Shown: positions 10,696-20,088 of the stretch, piece after piece
Numbering within the stretch: position 1 is the first letter of the stretch
Layout of the letters: every line of letters starts with the position of its first letter
IMG/VR virus record: IMGVR_UViG_3300025882_000001
DNA length: 64,000 bases
Strand: one strand, 5' to 3'
Origin: a virus
Notes under the pieces: model-generated
Seen by the model: the letters and a program-made list of their open reading frames with translations, nothing else
The model's database searches: none
Told to the model about the DNA's origin: nothing
Made by a program: the position numbers and the translations under genes

Positions 10696-12072
10696 TTATG
10701 CATTCCACTTCAACACAGCATGTGTCTCAGGAAGCGTAATTTGCATTCCAGCTTCAGTTATAATCTGATCAATACGACCGTCAATATCTGGAGCCTGAAC
10801 ATTGGTTTGATAGAAGGTATCACGGCTGATACCATTTCCGACAAGTGGACGATATGCAACCTGACCCAAATCGATTACCAAACAGTAGTCTTCCCACTGT
10901 TCCCTCAGTAGAGGATTGGCAACGAAATTGAAGTCGCCAAAGACACAACTTACTCGAGTAAGGTTGAAACCAAATTGAGATTTGACATTTTGAATATCCA
11001 ACTGAGCGGAACCACCAGCAAGAGTATTGCCCAAGAATGTTCCATTCCCCAGTTTGTTGAACCAAGAGATTAGTTTCCGAGAAGCCAAAACCAGTTTGCT
11101 TCCACTGTTTCCATTTTCCGGAGCGAACATATCTCTTGACCAGTCTACGAAGTTATTATATCCACTATTGGAATAACTGAATGTAGCAACATTACCATAC
11201 AGAGAAACAAAGGGAAGGATTCCCCAAGTATATCTTTTTACAGCGGCGTTTGTTTCTGCGTCTAATGCTCCAGTAGTTACATTTACGTTTCCCACTCCGA
11301 ACAGGAAGGCATGTTCCATATCCATCTTATGCTCACGCAGCTTCTCATCCCAAATTCGCATGAACTCATTTTTTCTTCCCCGAAATTCAGTAGCCATTGC
11401 AGAACCAGACATCATCGGGCAAGCAGTTTTGAATATTTGAGCATATCCTTCGGTCTGACTTAGAAAATCATACCAACTATCTGGAGCTCCGGAACCTTCT
11501 GGATATGCCGTTCCCACAATTTGTCCACGGGCATTAACTGGAAAAACTACATTTCCGGAGGCAATGGCAGCTTTACTGGTTGCAGTAAGGATAAACAATG
11601 GAGTCATAGTAACTTTGGTAAATCCACTACCAGTTGTAGCCGAAGAAACTCTTCCGTAGAATGTTCCAGTGTTAGAACCATTGGTAACATTTTCAATCGC
11701 CACTATCTGCCCTTGGACGAAAAATATTGGTGCTTGGGCTTCTGTGGTGGTCTTTCCACGAGAATCATACTTACAAGATACTTGCAGATCAGTAACACTG
11801 TTATAAGCTAATGTTGCTCCAGTAGAAACATAGAAATTTCTCCGTTGCCACTGGTGACGTTGTTCCATCATTTTGAATACAGGGTCGGGAGTTGCAATCT
11901 TCCGAAGCCGTGTAAGATAAGAGAAGAAGGGAGATTCCTGCGGTCGCAGTTCTGCAATCTCTCCACTCAGATCGAAAGTCCGACGCAGATTGTCGAGACT
12001 TATATTCACAGGAGGAACAGTAGTTTGAGTATAAGTTCCGCCTTGTGAAGTTGTGTAAAAGTTAGTAGCCAT
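10696..12072 (-). CDS. Major capsid protein (HK97 fold, SU10/DUF5309-like; 458 aa)
   Basis: Follows portal and scaffold; strong RBS (AGGAG). Motifs ELRPQESPFFSYL, NYAQIF-like GYAQIFKT, EHKMDMEHAFLFG and EAGMQITLPETHA match this capsid type. Confidence 0.85.
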   Translation of the reverse strand: MATNFYTTSQGGTYTQTTVPPVNISLDNLRRTFDLSGEIAELRPQESPFFSYLTRLRKIATPDPVFKMMEQRHQWQRRNFYVSTGATLAYNSVTDLQVSCKYDSRGKTTTEAQAPIFFVQGQIVAIENVTNGSNTGTFYGRVSSATTGSGFTKVTMTPLFILTATSKAAIASGNVVFPVNARGQIVGTAYPEGSGAPDSWYDFLSQTEGYAQIFKTACPMMSGSAMATEFRGRKNEFMRIWDEKLREHKMDMEHAFLFGVGNVNVTTGALDAETNAAVKRYTWGILPFVSLYGNVATFSYSNSGYNNFVDWSRDMFAPENGNSGSKLVLASRKLISWFNKLGNGTFLGNTLAGGSAQLDIQNVKSQFGFNLTRVSCVFGDFNFVANPLLREQWEDYCLVIDLGQVAYRPLVGNGISRDTFYQTNVQAPDIDGRIDQIITEAGMQITLPETHAVLKWNA

Positions 12073-12090
12073 TTTTCATTTCTCCTATTT

Positions 12091-13035
12091 TCAATATTGA
12101 GTATTCTTGTTGCTCAGTGCAATTGCTTGACGAATAAGTTCAAGTGTTGGGTCAGTTGCTCCTTCGGACTGAGCGTTATGCACTCCCATTGTGGGTGGTA
12201 TGCTTTGCGCTCTCTGTCTTTGCAGAAAATCCGGAGAAGGAACATTTGCTCCATAGGGATTGTACTGAGCTCCTGGATTTGGAGGCGGAGAGTACATAGG
12301 TCTTGGAACGGTTGGAGCTGGAGTTGTTCCACTTTGCTGTTGCATCTGTGCCTTCTGCAACTGATACAGCTGAAAGAGATTATCAAGCGTCACAGACTTA
12401 TCGTCCGACATTGTCTGAACAAAGTCCATAGCGGTATTGTAATCTACTCCATAATTGTTCATAACCGTACTAATCACGCTATCCAAAGCTGTCTTCACTT
12501 CGTTGGCACTTCTCAATTGTCCAATTTTCGCTTCCTGTTCTCTTTGCAAGGCTTCCAGTCGTTCCTGCTGTTTTGCTTGGAGCCACTCATTTTTCAGTGC
12601 ATTATACTGATTCATTCTGGTGTTGTAATCAATGAGTGCAGCCATATACTTTGCAGAATCCGAGTTTGGATCACTATATGCTTCCACCTGGCTGAAGTTA
12701 AATGGTCTTACAGGTGCAGGCGGTGGATCAGGAAATTCTTCGTCTTCTTCTTGTGTTTGGTTTTGGGTTTGCTGTGAAGCAGTATTAGCAAGTTGCTGCT
12801 GAATACTGTTCAGCTGTTGTTTCAATGCTTCATTCTCTTCCTGAAGCTTTTTGTACTGATTCTGGGCTTGATCAAACTGCGACTGCCAATATTGGTAACG
12901 AACCTGATCGTTATCCGAGGGCTGCGTAGCATTCTCGTCCTTTTTTTCGGGTGTTCCAAAGGAAGCCGAGTTTGTATCATCTTCCCAAGAGTCATCAATG
13001 GGTACTCCGAACATGTCATATTGTGGTTGTAGCAT
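12091..13035 (-). CDS. Capsid scaffolding protein (314 aa)
   Basis: Acidic, Gln-rich coiled coil with a Pro-rich tail, between portal and major capsid. Confidence 0.75.
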   Translation of the reverse strand: MLQPQYDMFGVPIDDSWEDDTNSASFGTPEKKDENATQPSDNDQVRYQYWQSQFDQAQNQYKKLQEENEALKQQLNSIQQQLANTASQQTQNQTQEEDEEFPDPPPAPVRPFNFSQVEAYSDPNSDSAKYMAALIDYNTRMNQYNALKNEWLQAKQQERLEALQREQEAKIGQLRSANEVKTALDSVISTVMNNYGVDYNTAMDFVQTMSDDKSVTLDNLFQLYQLQKAQMQQQSGTTPAPTVPRPMYSPPPNPGAQYNPYGANVPSPDFLQRQRAQSIPPTMGVHNAQSEGATDPTLELIRQAIALSNKNTQY

Positions 13036-15260
13036 TATTCCTCCTTTTGGGAATTTCGACGAGTTTGTTCTTCCACCATCATTCTTTGTGTTTCCAGGGC
13101 AGCGGCATTGCCGGCATTTCTGAGCGTATCATTTAATCTTGCACTGTATAGTTCTTCCGCCTTCCTCTGTTCAAGTGCGGTTTCACGCAACTTCATTCGT
13201 TCAGTTGATACAGCTTGATCAAGACGTGAATGGAAAAGTTCTCGTTCTCGAGTTTGAAGGTCTCCTTCAAGCTCTTTGATTTTTTCTTGTGCTTGTTGTA
13301 GTGCTTGCTGAAGTTGTTCAATGGTGTCAATACGACTCAGAACTCCTTCAATATCAAATACATCTGTTTTCTTAAGTACTTCTACTCTGTCAATGATTTG
13401 GTCTCGATACATGTCTCTATAGAATTCTAACTGAGCATAACGATTGGCTGGAAGTGTAGAACCAGGAATAACCATTAGGTCATACTTTCCTACGCTTACA
13501 TCGTTCATTACGCTTATCTGTTTTCCATAATCGTCATAGAGACGCTTATTGATAGCGAATTCAGAGAGAGAGTTGTTTGGCTGCAATATCCGAATCATCT
13601 TCTCCGCAATGTAGAATTCTTGAACGAAGCTAATAATAACTTTTCCCAGAAGAGTAAGTGCTTGTTCAATAACAGCTTGCTTTACTTTGATTCGTCTCTG
13701 CCCAAACTCATCGAGCATCATTATTCCACGATACGTATCTGGTGCCGCCTGAGGACTTCCCATCATGTTCTCAAACAGACCAAGTTCGTGGTCGATATCC
13801 TGTTTCGCCATGATCTCATTCTGATAGAGTTCATTGGGCATTGGTAGTGGAGCTACGGGAACGGGCTGACCTTCAGTGAAGTCAAGTTCGATTATTGCTC
13901 CGGGTTGAGCCCATTGTTCTTTTAGGGCTTCCACATCAGTTCCTCTTGGAACAAGTACTTTCACGTTTGTGGAAGTGGACGCATGCGCAACAATCAGAGA
14001 CCGAATCTTGTTGATATATTTCTGCATATCTTTCACCAGCCTGACATCGGACAGAGGGTATGGTGAACCGGTATGCATATTCATCAACGGGATTATCGGA
14101 TACTCTTCACAATTGAGCAAGCGTCGGTAAAGGGTCTTGTCTCCGGCAACGAAACCCATCTGAATCCGTTGCATAGGCACCTTTACCGCAGTAATCAATC
14201 CTTGCTCCGCAAGTTCCAGCATTGTGACTTGCTGAATTTGTGGAGGTTGAGGGGGTTGCATCCCCTGCTCCGCAATGGCTTGTGCATATTCTGGATTTTG
14301 CTGAGCAACTTGGATGAGTTGCTGATATTGGGCAAGAGCCTTTTCATACTCTGCCATAAGACGTTCTGCTGCCTGACGAGCAAGAACTTCTTCGGTAGTT
14401 ATGTTTCCGTTAATAATCCAAACTGGGCGCTGGAGGTATTCTTCAAACTTCTCAGGGGTAAGAGTATACTCTGCCCTGCTCCAGCTTTCGAATACTCGAA
14501 CCAATTCTACCCAGACCTTGGTATAACGCTCATAACCACGGATGTATTCACCATCGAAGAGATCCGGATTCTCAACTCCGGCAAATACGATAAGATTATC
14601 ACCCTTATTCCCAGTGTTGATCATATCACTGCGAAAACTGTTTCCACTTGCCGTATCGATTGCTTCAGTGTAGGATGGGTACAAACGCTGAAGTTGCCCC
14701 TTGGTGTAAGTGCGGCTGATGATAATATCAGATGCATCACTACAGAATTCATCTTGAGAATTCGGGTCAATATATACTTGAAGAGGATCGATTGCTTTGA
14801 ATTTCACTTCACCTCTTCCACCATCGGCATAAGGATCGATATACACAAGTAGAACGCCCATTCCCGTGACATAAAAGTCATCTATTGCTTTGGAGAGTTG
14901 TCTGTCACCTTGCGAAATATTCCAAATATACTGAATAAGTCCATTCATTGCTCCCGCTGTTTGATTGTCTGAATCTTCTGCAGCAGTTACTCGAAAAGTT
15001 GGATGATTGGAAGTAAGAATACCTTTTGCCAACTCTACTGCAGGATGAATACGATTGATAACAAGAGCTGCTTGAGAACGAGATTCAAGTATCTTAACAT
15101 CCTCTTCAGACCATTGTTTTCCATAGCGAAACTCTCTGTCCTCGACTGCCTGATTTGCCCAAATAGTTCTATTTCCAGAACTGAACTTCGCAAACAGTTC
15201 CTGAGTTTCTTCGGCATATTCCGTATCTTTTGAGTTTAATACATTTTTCTTTTTCTTCAC
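13035..15260 (-). CDS. Portal protein, P22-like (741 aa, GTG start)
   Basis: EDREFRYGKQWS...LVINRIHPAV N-terminal signature; long C-terminal coiled-coil barrel; follows terminase. Confidence 0.88.
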   Translation of the reverse strand: MKKKKNVLNSKDTEYAEETQELFAKFSSGNRTIWANQAVEDREFRYGKQWSEEDVKILESRSQAALVINRIHPAVELAKGILTSNHPTFRVTAAEDSDNQTAGAMNGLIQYIWNISQGDRQLSKAIDDFYVTGMGVLLVYIDPYADGGRGEVKFKAIDPLQVYIDPNSQDEFCSDASDIIISRTYTKGQLQRLYPSYTEAIDTASGNSFRSDMINTGNKGDNLIVFAGVENPDLFDGEYIRGYERYTKVWVELVRVFESWSRAEYTLTPEKFEEYLQRPVWIINGNITTEEVLARQAAERLMAEYEKALAQYQQLIQVAQQNPEYAQAIAEQGMQPPQPPQIQQVTMLELAEQGLITAVKVPMQRIQMGFVAGDKTLYRRLLNCEEYPIIPLMNMHTGSPYPLSDVRLVKDMQKYINKIRSLIVAHASTSTNVKVLVPRGTDVEALKEQWAQPGAIIELDFTEGQPVPVAPLPMPNELYQNEIMAKQDIDHELGLFENMMGSPQAAPDTYRGIMMLDEFGQRRIKVKQAVIEQALTLLGKVIISFVQEFYIAEKMIRILQPNNSLSEFAINKRLYDDYGKQISVMNDVSVGKYDLMVIPGSTLPANRYAQLEFYRDMYRDQIIDRVEVLKKTDVFDIEGVLSRIDTIEQLQQALQQAQEKIKELEGDLQTRERELFHSRLDQAVSTERMKLRETALEQRKAEELYSARLNDTLRNAGNAAALETQRMMVEEQTRRNSQKEE

Positions 15261-15514
15261 TTTGTTCTCCCAGATATTACATCTTCTTCAAATAGGTCTG
15301 TCGTTTCGCCTATGAAGCCAATTGCAGAGCTTCCAGGAAGGAGTTCTTCTTCTCCTGGAAACGCTTTCTCTATTATGAAGCGAATAAGTTCTGTGTTGTC
15401 TGTGGCAGAGATACCGTGTTCTTTCAACTCTTTCACCACAGCTCCCACTCTATTTGTCCAAACGATGCATCGGGCAATACCTTCGGCATCGATATCTTCT
15501 TCTTTCTTCTTCAT
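15257..15514 (-). CDS. Small hypothetical protein (likely start 15514)
   Basis: ATG overlaps the terminase stop (ATGA); its own stop overlaps the portal start. Confidence 0.6.
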   Translation of the reverse strand: MKKKEEDIDAEGIARCIVWTNRVGAVVKELKEHGISATDNTELIRFIIEKAFPGEEELLPGSSAIGFIGETTDLFEEDVISGRTK

Positions 15515-17040
15515 ACTACCATCCAACTCAACCGACCTCCATTCTTCGCAACATTCTGCTCCGAAACATTGCTATTTTTTCTTTTCGGAGGTCTGAAACC
15601 AAAGTTTGTCGCCATCCAAATACTGTCAAGTATATCGTCATGTTTTCCTCTGGGGAATGCCAAGAATTCCCTTTCTGCTTCTATATCGAGGGCTTGTCGA
15701 AAAATAAGTTTTCCCTGAGCCATTATCGGTACGAGACCAATCAATCGCTGAGACTTATTCGTCCGATGTGTGATTTTCTTTTCAATTCCAGGAATATAGA
15801 TATTTTCCTTCAACATCATCTGTCTTACCGCCTGCCGACACGCTTCTTGATAGGATTGCGACTCAATATATACACCACGATGGTGCCACTTCTTGTAGAG
15901 GTCAATAATCATCTGTGGATGCTCTGCAGGATTACATTTTCTTCTTACCATATCTACAACAAATTGGTATCCATCGGCATCAATACCAATGGTGGTCATC
16001 ACAGTATAGTCACTATGCCGAGAAAGAGCCGAAGCCAAGTCAATACCCATGAACAGATATACTAATCGTTTTTCTCCCAAATAGTCAATATACCATTCTC
16101 CGTTTACTTCTTCAATCTTTCCCTCATAGGTATGAATATATTCCGGTCGGAAAGGTGCATCTTCTGGAGCTTGGGGTTCATTCATATATTCTTGAAAGAA
16201 TCCAGAAATATTGCCCATGTGTTCGAAACCTTGTCGGATTTCTTCGATCTTTTCCATCGGATACATTTCTTCCCAGATACTCTTCCCATCGTCATCAATA
16301 ATCGATTTCCAGATTACTTTCCAATCCGGAGCATCCTTCACCCACTGAAGGAAACAATCTTCAGAAATAGTGGTACCAATTACGATTATTCTTCCATCCG
16401 GCTGAGAAAGAGAAGGAATCACAGCTTCCGTAATCCACTTTCGGTTGGAAGCACGAGATTCTGCAGTATTGGCATTCATTTCGGATTCGAAGTCATCAAG
16501 AACAATAATATTCGCACGAGTGTCATCTTTGATCAATCCCCGTACTTTCTGACCAGTACCAAGAGAAAGAACCCGAGCCCCATTGGCAAGAATAATATCA
16601 TCTTCTCTCCAGCGTTCCGCAGTGTTGGAACCGAGGTCTCCGAAGTATTTCCGAATTTTCCTATTGTGATCCAAAGTATTCTTAATTCGGGTAAGAAAGT
16701 TAATTGACTGACTGCGGGACTCGGAGATAAGAACAACGAATAAGTCTTTGTCTGGGGACTTATGGAGGACTTCCCAAAGGATGTAGATAAACGAGGCAAT
16801 CGTACTCTTCGCCATTCCTCTCGGCAGTGCAATCGCCAACTTCTTCGTTTCTCTATCCTGAAGGAGATCGTAGATTTCAAAGTGTACCTTCGGCATTGTC
16901 AAGGGTACCGACCTGGGAAGACAAGTGGTGGCAAAGATGGGAATAGAAATCCGCATCGCCATCTTCAATATCTCGAAGTCGGTTGCTTCGGGAAACTCTT
17001 TCTTCAATTCCTTCAGAATCAGAGAGAAATCAGATATCAT
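15511..17040 (-). CDS. terL: Terminase large subunit (509 aa)
   Basis: Walker A PRGMAKST, Walker B IIVLDDFE, coupling motif VIGT, nuclease GIDLAS and HDDILDS. Confidence 0.95.
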   Translation of the reverse strand: MISDFSLILKELKKEFPEATDFEILKMAMRISIPIFATTCLPRSVPLTMPKVHFEIYDLLQDRETKKLAIALPRGMAKSTIASFIYILWEVLHKSPDKDLFVVLISESRSQSINFLTRIKNTLDHNRKIRKYFGDLGSNTAERWREDDIILANGARVLSLGTGQKVRGLIKDDTRANIIVLDDFESEMNANTAESRASNRKWITEAVIPSLSQPDGRIIVIGTTISEDCFLQWVKDAPDWKVIWKSIIDDDGKSIWEEMYPMEKIEEIRQGFEHMGNISGFFQEYMNEPQAPEDAPFRPEYIHTYEGKIEEVNGEWYIDYLGEKRLVYLFMGIDLASALSRHSDYTVMTTIGIDADGYQFVVDMVRRKCNPAEHPQMIIDLYKKWHHRGVYIESQSYQEACRQAVRQMMLKENIYIPGIEKKITHRTNKSQRLIGLVPIMAQGKLIFRQALDIEAEREFLAFPRGKHDDILDSIWMATNFGFRPPKRKNSNVSEQNVAKNGGRLSWMVV

Positions 17041-17237
17041 TTGTTCGCATTGAGAGCAAATACTGCTCGTCTTATAGTTCTTGTATCATAACGAGACTTA
17101 TTCGCCAAAACATGTCTGGCATAAGCAAGAACATCGTTATATCCAGCGGCATGTGCCTGCGCAGTGAAAGCACCTTCCGTTCCCTTCTCGGAAATGCTTT
17201 TTGCGGCTTTGGCAATCCAATTAGATTTCTTTGCCAT
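17037..17237 (-). CDS. Small basic protein (66 aa), possible DNA-condensing/virion protein
   Basis: NWIAKA...GAFTAQA...RAVFA pattern; very basic; coupled to terL. Confidence 0.6.
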   Translation of the reverse strand: MAKKSNWIAKAAKSISEKGTEGAFTAQAHAAGYNDVLAYARHVLANKSRYDTRTIRRAVFALNANK

Positions 17238-18733
17238 TAGTATCCTTCCTTTCCGGTCAAATCCCAGAATGTTGCAAACACTGGGTTTCTCCCAGCAATT
17301 TTTTCATTTCGTAGATAATTGTACAGATTTTCCCATGTATCTCCAGTTTCTGGATCAAGCGGAGTACTACAACCTGGAGTAGCATAACTTAAATCTTTTG
17401 CAAGTGCAACCATTCGTCCAGTACCAGAATGAAGAGCGTTTGCAAGTTGCTGAAATGGTTTAAGATATTGCGCCGAAACACCTTGAACACTGAGATATGG
17501 ATCATTTCTATCAAAGCTTCCTGGAACAACTAACTGGTATGATTGCTGATGTGCCTTGCTCCCGAATTTTTTTGTCCAATATTCTGCAGCTTCTGGATAA
17601 GTAGCCGGATTAAGCCAAGAATATTCTTTCCCGAAAAGTTGAAAAAAACCACTCTTTCCTGGTATTTCTGGATTTTTCTTGCCTCCGCTTCTTCGATCAT
17701 AATTTTGAATTTGTTTTGCAGTGAGAGGAACATATTCTTTCACGTCTTCCAAATTTCTTGCCTTTCCTGCAGTTGCAGCCGGAATTACTTGAATCTGTTT
17801 TCCGTCTGGAGAATAATAAATTGTTCCGCTTTTTTGCTCTTCGAGAATGAGTGGATTTCCTTTTCCATATCTATTCCTTTTAATCATACTGAGGACATAC
17901 TCTGTTATTTCCGGAGAAGCTCCAGCCTGCCGGAGTATTTGATAATTCATATTATCGATATCCGTAGTATCTGCAGACCTTGATTCTTTCCTGATACGTC
18001 GTATTTCTTCTTCTGAATGTCCACTTGTTGGAGCGAAAAGAGTATCTGTGAAAGAAATTTCTCTTCCAGGCATAGTTGCAGATTTCTTAGCAGGAGAAGA
18101 GGAGAAAGAAAGACTTTTTCGCAAATTTCCCACAGCATTGCCTAACCAATCTCCAGTATTTTCTATAGCTTCTTCAATCCAGTTTCCTGCTTTTTCTGCC
18201 GCATATGCTCCTCCAGCAATACCGCCACCAACTATCTTGGCAATCGTATCCCACACATTTTCTGCTCCGCTTTCCACAACACTTGGAACCCTTTCTCTCG
18301 CCTCTCCGGTGATTTTCCCAATTTTTTCAAATACATTTTGTGAAAGCGAAGAAGCCTCTCTCTCTACTTTGTCAGCAACATCTTCAATCCAACTTCCAAC
18401 ATTTGCTGTTCCTCGGTCATAAGCTGCAATTATTTCTTTCTTCCTTTGAGAAAACGAAGTTTCAGTTCTTGTTTTTTTTCCTGGAAGCTCTACATCCTTC
18501 TTTGGAGGAACATACGGTTCCGGTTCCGGTTTCCACACTGGAATTACTGTTTCTGGGTGTTTCTGAAGATAATTTCTGCGATTTACAAGTTTATTGAACT
18601 CCTGAGCACCGGAATCATACGAATGTGCAGCTCCTTCATAAGTACCTCCACCGACTCTATACATTCGGTTAATTATCTCCTGAAGTTGCTCTTTGGTAGC
18701 ATATTTCAAGAAATCTTTAGTTGGTCTGGGCAT
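17237..18733 (-). CDS. Hypothetical protein (498 aa), possible internal virion protein
   Basis: Long ORF with RBS AAGGAGG; low-complexity Gly/Ala/Glu centre. Confidence 0.7.
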   Translation of the reverse strand: MPRPTKDFLKYATKEQLQEIINRMYRVGGGTYEGAAHSYDSGAQEFNKLVNRRNYLQKHPETVIPVWKPEPEPYVPPKKDVELPGKKTRTETSFSQRKKEIIAAYDRGTANVGSWIEDVADKVEREASSLSQNVFEKIGKITGEARERVPSVVESGAENVWDTIAKIVGGGIAGGAYAAEKAGNWIEEAIENTGDWLGNAVGNLRKSLSFSSSPAKKSATMPGREISFTDTLFAPTSGHSEEEIRRIRKESRSADTTDIDNMNYQILRQAGASPEITEYVLSMIKRNRYGKGNPLILEEQKSGTIYYSPDGKQIQVIPAATAGKARNLEDVKEYVPLTAKQIQNYDRRSGGKKNPEIPGKSGFFQLFGKEYSWLNPATYPEAAEYWTKKFGSKAHQQSYQLVVPGSFDRNDPYLSVQGVSAQYLKPFQQLANALHSGTGRMVALAKDLSYATPGCSTPLDPETGDTWENLYNYLRNEKIAGRNPVFATFWDLTGKEGY

Positions 18734-19514
18734 CTTTCTCCTCCTTTTGAGTAAGTTTAAGACGATCGGAGACTTTCTCCAGCTTCTTTAGGTCTTCCAC
18801 TTCGGACTCCACTTCGAAAGTTCGAGTGTCAATTTGTCGATCTTTCTCCTTCATTCCATACATATCCACAAAGTTTTCTGCAGCCCGAAGCATATTGGCA
18901 GCATCTTTCTTCTCCAATGCAACTTCTCTTGCCTCCAGAAGCATTTTTACTACCGCTTCTTCGGTAACTCCACAGTTTTCTAGTATTTTTCTGACTTCTT
19001 CTCTTACCATTCTGGTACACTCCTCGCTTTTATAGAACTGTTTTATCTTTGTCGCTCGCTGACTTTTCGGAGAAACGCACAAAATTTTGACAATTTCTCC
19101 CACATCGAGACCATTTGCCGCCATTCTTACTACTGCTCCCCGTAAAAGTGCCCCAGGAGTGGACTTATAATTGATATAATCCTCGGTTTGAGAGCGATTT
19201 TCGGTAAGAACGAGCATTTTTGCTCGGTCATGATAGTACCGAGACCCACTATTGGGGAGATGAAACTCTCCAAAAGCGCTTCTGAGGACGATTCCGGAGC
19301 GAATGAAGGAAATGGAGTAGATGGGAACCACGATTCCGTCATCGGAAAGGACAAAAAAGGGCACTTTCTCTGCAGTTTCCTGGGAATAGTGGATATCCTT
19401 CCAGTAGGAATAGGAAATCCCACGCTTTTTCGCCTCTTCTTCGTCAAAAGCTTGCCAGGTAATAGTCTGACCACCGAAAAGGTGGCGGTGTGAGACACGT
19501 CGTTCCATAATCAT
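18717..19514 (-). CDS. Putative terminase small subunit with N-terminal extension (265 aa)
   Basis: First gene of the late operon; C-terminal helical HTH-like and oligomerisation region (EKKDAANMLRAAENFVDMYG). Confidence 0.55.
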   Translation of the reverse strand: MIMERRVSHRHLFGGQTITWQAFDEEEAKKRGISYSYWKDIHYSQETAEKVPFFVLSDDGIVVPIYSISFIRSGIVLRSAFGEFHLPNSGSRYYHDRAKMLVLTENRSQTEDYINYKSTPGALLRGAVVRMAANGLDVGEIVKILCVSPKSQRATKIKQFYKSEECTRMVREEVRKILENCGVTEEAVVKMLLEAREVALEKKDAANMLRAAENFVDMYGMKEKDRQIDTRTFEVESEVEDLKKLEKVSDRLKLTQKEEKDAQTN

Positions 19515-19521
19515 GATTCAT

Positions 19522-19549
19522 AAATTAAACGAATTCTGGAATTTGTCAA
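19522..19549 (-). promoter_or_regulatory. Candidate sigma70-type promoter for the late (minus-strand) operon
   Basis: TTGACA (19549..19544), 16-nt spacer, TAATTT (19527..19522), just upstream of the ORF start. Confidence 0.45.
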
Positions 19550-19776
19550 GAAAAATTTTTAGGAAAGGCGAATAAGTTCCTTGTGGATACGCTTCGGGAG
19601 ATTCGGAAAGAAGTTGATCGGATTCTCAAAACATATTCCACACTTTGAGAAGATGAAATAACCCAGAGCATACCCAGGTCGAACGCGGATCGCTTTTGCA
19701 AACGCGGTTGACCTGCGTTGGCATCGCTGGTTGAGCAATTGCTTCCGGATTCTGAAATCGTTGAAGGAGGTGGAGC

Positions 19777-20088
19777 ATGGCTAGCTTCACAGTGTACACG
19801 TTCAAGACTACGGATTACGAAGAGAAGCCTGAGCTTTGGGATTGGGATGAAAATCGTCCGATCTCAAAAGAGGATTTGGAGCTTACGCAGTCTTCGTATG
19901 CTGAGTGTTGGGTTGCACCAGATGTTGATTTGTCCCAAAAGGGATGGATCAAGGTTCTGGATGCCGCTGGAAACCCTGTGGTATCTCAGTATGGGAACAT
20001 CCTTTGGGTGTTTCCGGAAGTTCGTAGAAGGAGACCTAAACCGTTCCCAAATAGGGCTCCGGGTCTTGATGCTGATGTGCCCTTTTAG
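19777..20088 (+). CDS. Small protein ending in DADVPF (SSB-tail-like); paralog of 22346..22663
   Basis: RBS AGGAGG; aligns by eye with the 105-aa ORF. Confidence 0.8.
   Translation: MASFTVYTFKTTDYEEKPELWDWDENRPISKEDLELTQSSYAECWVAPDVDLSQKGWIKVLDAAGNPVVSQYGNILWVFPEVRRRRPKPFPNRAPGLDADVPF

Larger units (their letters stand above)
1..12102. repeat. First copy of a 12,102-bp direct duplication (second copy 51899..64000); unit genome length 51,898 bp, most likely wrap-around of a circular contig
   Basis: Every ORF recurs at +51,898 with an identical translation. Position 1 matches 51899 and 12102 matches 64000, so the repeat ends exactly at both window edges. Confidence 0.97.

Noticed and set aside
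14073-14852. Long antisense ORFs (e.g. 14073..14852, 12097..12777, 25915..26634, 42122..42808)
   Set aside because: They lie wholly opposite well-supported genes and show no recognisable motifs; shadow ORFs.
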